A DNA stretch of 64,000 nucleotides. Origin: Candidatus Omnitrophota bacterium (GTDB lineage Bacteria > Omnitrophota > Gorgyraeia > B26-G9). The position numbers and the translations under genes were made by a program. The stretch spans positions 103,604 to 167,603 of the forward strand of contig JBDRPX010000004.1 of assembly GCA_043826565.1 (NCBI GenBank), written 5' to 3'. Positions 21,101 through 30,100 of this stretch are shown piece by piece. Every line of letters begins with the position of its first letter. Position 1 is the first letter of the stretch. The notes under the pieces are model-generated. The model worked only from the letters and a program-made list of their open reading frames with translations, ran no database searches and was not told where the DNA came from.

Positions 21101-24100
21101 GCTGATGCGATCAGCACGACTTTGAAAATTCGGGTATCGGATGCTTCGGACAGCACGGTCTATGATGATTCCAATGCTGATTTTGAAATTAAGGGTTCCT
21201 TAACTTTGACCGTGCCTAATGGCAGTGAAGTATGGACAGTAAATTCTGTACAAAACATCACCTGGACCAAAACTGGTACAATTTCCAATGTGGAGTTAAG
21301 ATATTCAAAAGACGGCGGATCTGCGTATGATTATGTGATTATTGGCTCAACTCCAGGTGCTGATTTAAGTTATGCCTGGACCATCCCGGATGATATTTGT
21401 TCGACAACAAGAGTTAAAATTACGGATGTAAGTGACGCGGCGGTATATGATAATTCCAATTCCAACTTTAAGATCGTGGGTGCTTTTGGGGTAACTACAC
21501 CTAATGGGGGTCAGGAATGGGTTGTTGGAAAAACCGAAAGCATTGTTTGGATAAGGACCGGTTCGATTGCTAATGCCCGCATTGAATATTCGATTAATTC
21601 CGGAACTGCGTACGGCAATCTGGTAATTGCGTCTACTCCGGCAGCCGGGTTAAGTTACGGATGGACACTACCCAATGCCGTGTATAAAACGATCAGAATT
21701 AAAGTAATGGATGCATCGGATATAAGTGTGTTTGATACTTCGGATGCTGATTTTACAATTATGCCGGAATTTACAATTACTTCCCCGGATGGCGGAGAAG
21801 TATGGGATGTAAATTCATCGGAAGATATTACCTGGAGCACTACCGGTGACTGTACAAATGTAAAATTGGAATATTCGGTCAATTCCGGTTCAACATACAC
21901 AGATATAATTGCTTTGACACCGAATACGGAAACTTATGCCTGGACAATTCCGGATAATTTATCCATATCCTGTAAGATCAGGATATCTGATGTGGATAAT
22001 CCTAATGCGATAGATACAACTGACGGATTATTTAAGATCCGCGGGGCTTTAACTTTGACCAGCCCGAATGGTTTTGAATCCTGGGATGTGGCGGATATCG
22101 AGAATGTAACCTGGACGAGATTTGGTTCGGTAGCTAATGTAAAACTGGAACTTTCTAAAGACAGCGGCAGTACTTATCCGGTTCTCATAATCGCTTCTAC
22201 AGATGCGTCTTTACTGACCTATGCCTGGACGATTCCGGACCAGCTGACAATTAACGGAAGAGTGAAAGTAACCAGTACTGCGGATTCCACGGTATTTGAC
22301 CGTTCGGATGCTGATTTTGCGATCAAAGGTGCTTTGTTGTTAACCGCGCCTAATGGCGGAGAAGAATTAGAAGTAGGAGTGCCGACAACAGTTACCTGGA
22401 ATCGTTTTGGTACGATCCTTAATGTAAAGCTGGAATATTCAACTGATGCCGGTTTGACGTTCCCGGGATTAATTATCGCGGCAACTCCTGCCGGTACAGG
22501 CAGTTATGTCTGGTCAGTGCCGGATGCGCTTTCTCCGGAAGTCAGAGTTAAAGTTACTGATGTGGCTAATTCCTTAGTTTTTGATACTTCTGATGCTGAT
22601 TTGACGATCAAGGGTAAATTAACTGTGGGCGGTCCTAATGGCGGAGAAGTGTGGTTTGTTGGTGAATCACGCAATATTACCTGGATCAGAAGCGGTTCTA
22701 TTCCCACAGTAAAACTGGAATATTCAACAAACGGCGGAGCAACTTATCCGAATATGATCGCTCCATCATATGATGCGTCTTTACTGAGTTATTCCTGGAC
22801 GGTTCCGGATGCGATTAGTATTCAGATAAGAGTTAAAGTTACGGATATCGCGAATACTACGGTTGCGGATAGTTCCAATGGCGACTTTACAATTAAAGGT
22901 TCATTGATTTTAACCGCGCCCAATGGCGGAGAAGAATGGGTTGTAAACGCGGTACAGAATATAAGCTGGAACCGGACCGGAAGTATTCCGACAGTGAAAC
23001 TGGAATACTCAACTGACGCGGGTTCAACTTATCCAAATACGATTATTGCTTCGACAAGTGCTGCGACCGGCCTTTATGCCTGGACTATCCCGGATGCGAT
23101 TGGAACACAGCTTCGCGTTCGTATATCGGATACATCGGATGCTACGGTAATGGATACATCAAATCTGAATTTTATTATTCGCGGTGTATTGCTTTTGACC
23201 GCGCCTAATGGCGGAGAAGCTTGGCAGATAGCTACGAGTAAAAATATTACCTGGAGCAGAACCGGTTCAGTTGGTTTTGTTAAGCTGCAATATTCACTTG
23301 ACGGCGGAGTAACTTTTCCGACGACAATTATTGCTTCTACCGATGCTTCTACCGGAACTTATGCCTGGACTATTCCTGATAACCCCTGTACAACAACAAA
23401 AGTAAAGATTAGTGATGCTTCAGACAGTGTTGTCGCGGATATTTCTGATGTAAATTTCAAAATAATCGGTGATTTGACTCTAACTACGCCGGTTGGTACG
23501 GAACAGTGGGTAATTGGCGGTCCGCAGAGAAAAATTTCCTGGACCATGGTGGGATCAATTGCCAATGTTAAATTAGAATATTCAATTAACAGCGGAGCAA
23601 GTTATGATTACCTGATCAATGCTTCTACTCCGGCTGGTGCTTTAGAATATTACTGGACCATTCCGGATACAGCAACGACTACCGCGAGAGTAAAAATAAC
23701 CGATGCTTCAGATATTAGTGTCGGAGATACCTCGCCGGCTGATTTTAGTATTCAGGCTGATTTTACGATCACCGCGCCCAATGGCGCAGAAGTTTGGATC
23801 GTTGGAGATTCTGAAGATATTACCTGGGGAACAGTAGGATCAGTAGGCAATGTAAAACTGGCATACTCAACTGACGGCGGCGCGACTTATCCGAATGTAA
23901 TTATTGCTTCGATTGGAAATACCGGTACATACGGCTGGACAATTCCGGACGCATTATCGGCAACTGTAAGAGTGAAAGTTTCTGATGTTAATGATGCTCA
24001 GGCTTTTGATGATTCGGATGTAAACTTTAAGATCAGAGGCGACTTGGTATTAACCGCGCCTAATGGCGGAGAAACCTGGATAGTTGCTTCCAGTCACAAT

Positions 24101-27100
24101 GTGACCTGGACAAGATTGGGGAGTATTCCGACAGTAAAACTGGAATATTCGATCAATGGCGGGCTGACTTATCCAAATTCCATTATTGCTTCTATTGCCG
24201 CTTCTTTAGGTACACATAACTGGACTATCCCGGATAATATCAGTAATCAGGTCAGGGTGAAAGTAACCGATACTTCTGATTCTACGGTTTATGATGAATC
24301 TAATTCCAATATGTTTATTAAAGGATCATTGACCTTAACTGTGCCCAATGGCGCGGAGGAATGGGTTGTCGGTACCGGAGAGAATATAACCTGGGCCAGA
24401 GTCGGTTCCATCGCTAATGTAAAACTGGAATATTCAACTAACTCCGGCGGTACTTATCCCAACACGATAATCGCTTCCACAGATGCATCCACCGGTTCTT
24501 ATGCTTGGCCGATCCCGGATGTTTTAAGTACAACATTGAGAGTCAGAGTATCAGATGTTACTGATGTTGCGGTTAATGATACTTCGAATGCAAACTTTAT
24601 GATCAAAGGTGATCTGGAACTTAATTCACCTAATGGCGGAGAGATCTGGTATGTCGGGCAGTCACGCAGTGTGACCTGGACCCGCACCGGAAGTATTGCG
24701 TCGGTGAAGCTGGAATATTCAACGGATAGCGGAACAACATTCCCGAATACAATTATTTCTTCGACAGACGCGTCCACCGGAACATATGCCTGGTCAGTTC
24801 CGGATGCGATAAGTGAAAATTTAAGAGTGAGAGTTACAGATACTTCAAATGCCACGGTATTTGATGATTCTAATCTGGATTTCACAGTTAAAGGTGTATT
24901 GTTATTGAATGCGCCCAATGGCGGAGAAACCTGGGTTGTGGCGGCCAGTCAGAATATTACCTGGACACCGACCGGAACAATTTCTAATGTAAAACTGGAA
25001 TATTCAACTGATGGCGGAAATACTTATCCGAATACGATAATCGCTTCTACTCCGGGTATGGTTGGTACATATGCCTGGACAGTTGCCGATTCAATCGGTG
25101 CGAATGCTAAGGTTAGAGTATCTGATGCTGCGGATGCGAGTGTATATGATGTATCCAATGCTACGTTTACGATTAAAGGATCATTAGTTGTAACCAGTCC
25201 GAACGGAGCGGAAGTTTGGGGAGTCGCGACAGCTCATAATATTACCTGGAGCCGCACTGGTTCAATTTCTACGGTTAAGATAGAGTATTCCACGGACGGC
25301 GGTTCAACATATCCGAATACAATTGCCGCGACAGCTGATGCCGCAACCGGAAGCTATGGCTGGACAATTCCGGATGATATTTCCAGTCAGGTTAGGGTTA
25401 AGATCACGGATAATAGCGATGCTACGGTTTTCGATGCTTCGAATGTTAACTTCAAGATCGTGGGTATTCTTGATCTTATTTCTCCGGATGGCGGAGAAAT
25501 GTGGGAAGTAAATACAAACCATAATATTACCTGGACCAGAGTCGGTTCCATAGCTAATGTGCGCTTGGATTACTCGGTTAATAGCGGAGCAACCTATCCG
25601 AATGCGATTGTTGCTTCTACACCGGCCGGAGCATTAAGCTTTACCTGGACGATCCCGGACGCAGTATCAAAAACCGTGAGAGTGCGGATTGCCGATGCTT
25701 TGGATATCAATGTGTTTGATGCTTCGACTGCGGATATGACGATTATGGCGCAGTTTAATATTACCGCGCCGGATGGCGGCGAAGTATGGACTGTAGCATC
25801 TTCGCATGATATTACCTGGGGTACGACAGGAACCGTTACCACTGTTGTTCTTGATTATTCCACGGACGGCGGGGCTACTTATCCAAATAATATTACCGGG
25901 TCCGCGGCAAATACCGGATCATTCCCCTGGACTATCCCGGATGCGATTTCTTCTCAGGTAAAGGTAAGGGTAAGTGATTATAATAATGTTGACGCGTCCG
26001 GAGCTTCTGATGCTAATTTCAAGATCAGAGGAGGTGTTACCGTAACTTCGCCGAATGGCAGTGAATCCTGGATGGTGGGGAATAGTCAAAACATTACCTG
26101 GTCAATTATTGGTTCTATTGCTAATGTTAAACTTGAGTATTCCACAGACGGCGGAGCAACATATCCGTTTACAATTATCGGTTCTGTAGACGCAACTTCA
26201 GGTACCTATGCCTGGATCATACCGGATAATATCAGTACTTCCGCAAGAGTAAAAGTTACTGATGCGACGGATTCGACAGTTTATGATACATCTAACAACA
26301 ACTTTATTATCCGCGGCGGATTGATTGTTAATATCCCGAACGGCGCTGAGGATTGGCAGATCGAATCTGTTCAGAATATTACCTGGATGCGCACCGGTTC
26401 AATTCAGAATATTAAGATAGAGTATTCAACTAATGGCGGTTCTACGTATCCAAATGTAATTGTTAATAGTTTTGATGCTTCTTTAGCGACATATCCCTGG
26501 ATGATTCCGGATACAATTACTAATCTGGCCCGAGTAAGAATAACTGATGTGGATAATGCTGCTGTATATGATACATCGGATAATAATTTCAAGATCAAAG
26601 GCGCCTTGGTAGTTAATACTCCTAATGGCGCAGAGGTATGGGAAGTAACAACCAGTCACGCGATTACCTGGTCAAGAACCGGCTCAATATCTAATATCCG
26701 GCTGGATTATTCAACTGATTCCGGAGCAACATTCCCGAATGCAATTGCGGCATCGCTTAATGCTGCTTTAGGCACCTATGCCTGGACTATCCCGGATAAT
26801 ATTTCTTCTGCGGTCCGCGTAAGGGCAACCAATATTTCTGATGCCTTGGTTTATGATGATTCTGATGCTGATTTCAAGATCGTCGGACAGCTGTTATTAA
26901 GCTCACCGGATGGCGGAGAAGTGTGGCCCGTAGGTTCTTCGCAATCGGTAATCTGGTCACCGATCGGATCGATCGTGAATGTGAAGTTAGATTTATCCAC
27001 AAACGGCGGAGTATCTTTTCCGACTGTGATCGCGGCTTCTTTGACTGCCAGTGACGGTTCATATAACTGGACTGTTCCGGATACAATTTCACAAACCGCA

Positions 27101-30100
27101 AGAATAAAAGTATCGGATGTTTCTGAGCCGTCGATTGTTTTTGATACTTCCGACGGTAATTTTAAGATTCGCGGAGATCTGTTACTTACATCACCGAATG
27201 GCAGTGAAGTATGGCTGATCAATTCTAATCACAATATTACCTGGACCAGATTCGGTTCTATAACTAATGCCCGGTTGGAATATTCCAAGGATTCCGGAAC
27301 AACCTTCCCGAACCTTATTGTCGGTTCAGTAGATGCTTCTTTGCAAACTTATAACTGGCTTACTCCGGATGATGCTGGTATTCAACTCCGGGTAAGAGTT
27401 TCGGATGCGGCGGATTCTACGGTATATGATATTTCCGACGGTAATTTCATTATCCGCGGCGGTTTTAGCCTTACCGCACCGAATGGTGCTGAGCGCTGGG
27501 CAGTAGGAACAGAACATGATATTACCTGGAGCACATTTGGCACGATTGTTAATGTCCGCTTGACCTATTCAAGTAATAATGGCTCTACATGGACAAGTAT
27601 TATTGGTTCTACTCCGAACACGGATATGTATCCGTGGACAATCCCGGATAGAATTTCCAGTCAATGTCTGGTTAAAGTAGCGGATGTTGTCGATGCTGAT
27701 GCTAATGACCAGTCTGATGCGGTATTTACGATTCACGGAGCATTGACAGTGACCGCGCCTAATGGCGGAGAGGCTTGGCAGGTAGCTTCCGGAAAGACGA
27801 TTACCTGGACCAGAACCGGAGCAGTAGTAAACGTTAAACTTGAATATTCAACTAACGGAGGTTCTACATATCCGAATTTAATTGTTGCTTCTACTTCCGG
27901 AGCCGCGGGAACATATGCGTGGACAGTTCCGGATGCAATTACCGATTCGGTGCGTGTGCGTATTAGTGACGCGGATGATGCTTTAGTAATTGATACTTCC
28001 GACGGCAATTTTAAAATTGTTGCCGGATTCAGTATAACTGCGCCGAATGGCGGAGAAACTTTAGTTGTGGCTGCTTCGGAAAATATAACCTGGACAACTT
28101 TAGGGACAGTAGGAAATGTCCGTCTGGATTATTCAACGAATGCGGGCACAAGCTGGACGATAATTACCGCTACGACAATTAATGCCGAAACATATCCTTG
28201 GACAGTTCCGGATGCGATATCTGAGCAGTGCCGGGTAAGGGTTATGGATGTTACAGATTCAAGCGCTTTTGATATTTCCAATAACAACTTTAAAATTCGC
28301 GGGAATCTGACGCTTACCAGCCCGAATGGCGGCGAAGAATGGGCTGTGGGTACTAATCAGCTGATAACCTGGAGTCGTGTGGGTTCAATTTCCACGGTAA
28401 TGTTGGAGTATTCGGATAATGCCGGCGGAATATATGTTCCGATAACTAATAATGCTTTGAATACCGGTTCGTATTCATGGGCAGTGCCGGATGCGATTAC
28501 AACGCAGGCTTTAGTACGCATTACCAATGTGGCGGATCTTTCAGTGACGGATGTTTCCGATGGTCAGTTTAAAATTCAAGGCAGTTTTACTTTGACCTCG
28601 CCTAATGGCGGAGAAGCCTGGTTCGTGGGCAGCAGCCAGAATATAAACTGGACCTGGAATGGAACTGTGCCGTTCATTAAACTGGAGCTTTCCACAAACG
28701 GCGGTTCAACATATAATTTAGTATCCGATAACGTGGCAAATATCGGAACATATGCCTGGACAATTCCGGACCAGGTTTCCGGTACTTGCCGTATCATGAT
28801 TTCTGATGCGACAGATGCTGACGCGAATGATACTTCTAATGGTAATTTCAGAATACGCTGTAAATTTACTATTGCTAACCCGAATGGATCGGAACAATGG
28901 AGGGTCGGCCAGACCAGAGCGATCAATTGGTCTAATGTCGGGACTTCTTCAACGGTAAATCTGGCTTATTCACGTGATGGTTTTGGCGCGGATAGCCAAA
29001 CTATTGCCACGGGGATTGTAAATGCCGGTACGCATAATTGGACCATACCGGATTCTATTTCTGAAACAGTCAGAGTTAGAGTGTCTGATCCTACGGATGC
29101 GGGTGCTTATGATGATTCTAATAATGATTTCCGGATTACCGGTGATTTTACAGTTACTTCTCCGAATGGCGGGGAAATGTGGGATGTTAATTCCGCGCAT
29201 GATATTACCTGGACCTGGCAGGGGACAATGCCGCAGGTTAGAATTGAATATTCCACTGACGGCGGAGCAAGTTATCCGAATATTATTACGGCCACTGACA
29301 ATGACGGAACCTATGAATGGACCGTGCCGGATAGTATTACCGCTCAGATGAGAGTAAGAGTCAGTGACTTGGCTGATTTAACAGCTGCGGATAATTCCAA
29401 TAGCAATGCGAAGATAAAAGCGCAGTTCTTGCTGATCGAGCCTAATGGCGGAGAGATATTTACTGTTAGCGATACCACGGATATCACCTGGACCAGTGTG
29501 GGAACAGTGCCGAATGTAAACTTACAGTATTCAACTAATGGATTCATAACTCCGGTGAGCATTATCAGCGCCACAGCTAATGATGGAAGTTATACGTGGA
29601 CGATACCGGACGCGATTTCCACTAATGTGACTGTAAGAGTAATGAGTTCTACGGATAATGATGCTTATGATATTTCTAACGCGGCGTTTAAAATTCAGGG
29701 AGATCTGGCCATTACCGCACCTAATGGCGGCGAGCAATGGGCAATTAATCAGGTTAATAACATTACCTGGAATACTACCGGATCAATTGCCAATGTGCAG
29801 ATTCTCTATTCAATTAACTCCGGTGTTTCCTATCCGTATTCCATAACTGCCAGCGTAGCGAATACTAATAGTTATGGTTGGACTGTTCCGGATACAGCAA
29901 CAGCTAATGCTAGAATCAGGATTATTGATGTTGCTGATGCTACAATATCTGATGATTCTGATGCTAATTTCCGGATTCAGGGTTACTTTAGCGTTACATC
30001 TCCGAATGGAGCAGAATCCTGGATTGTTAATGATGTTCACAATATTACCTGGAACTGGGGCGGCACATTGCCGTTTGTGCATTTAAGCTATTCCACAGAC

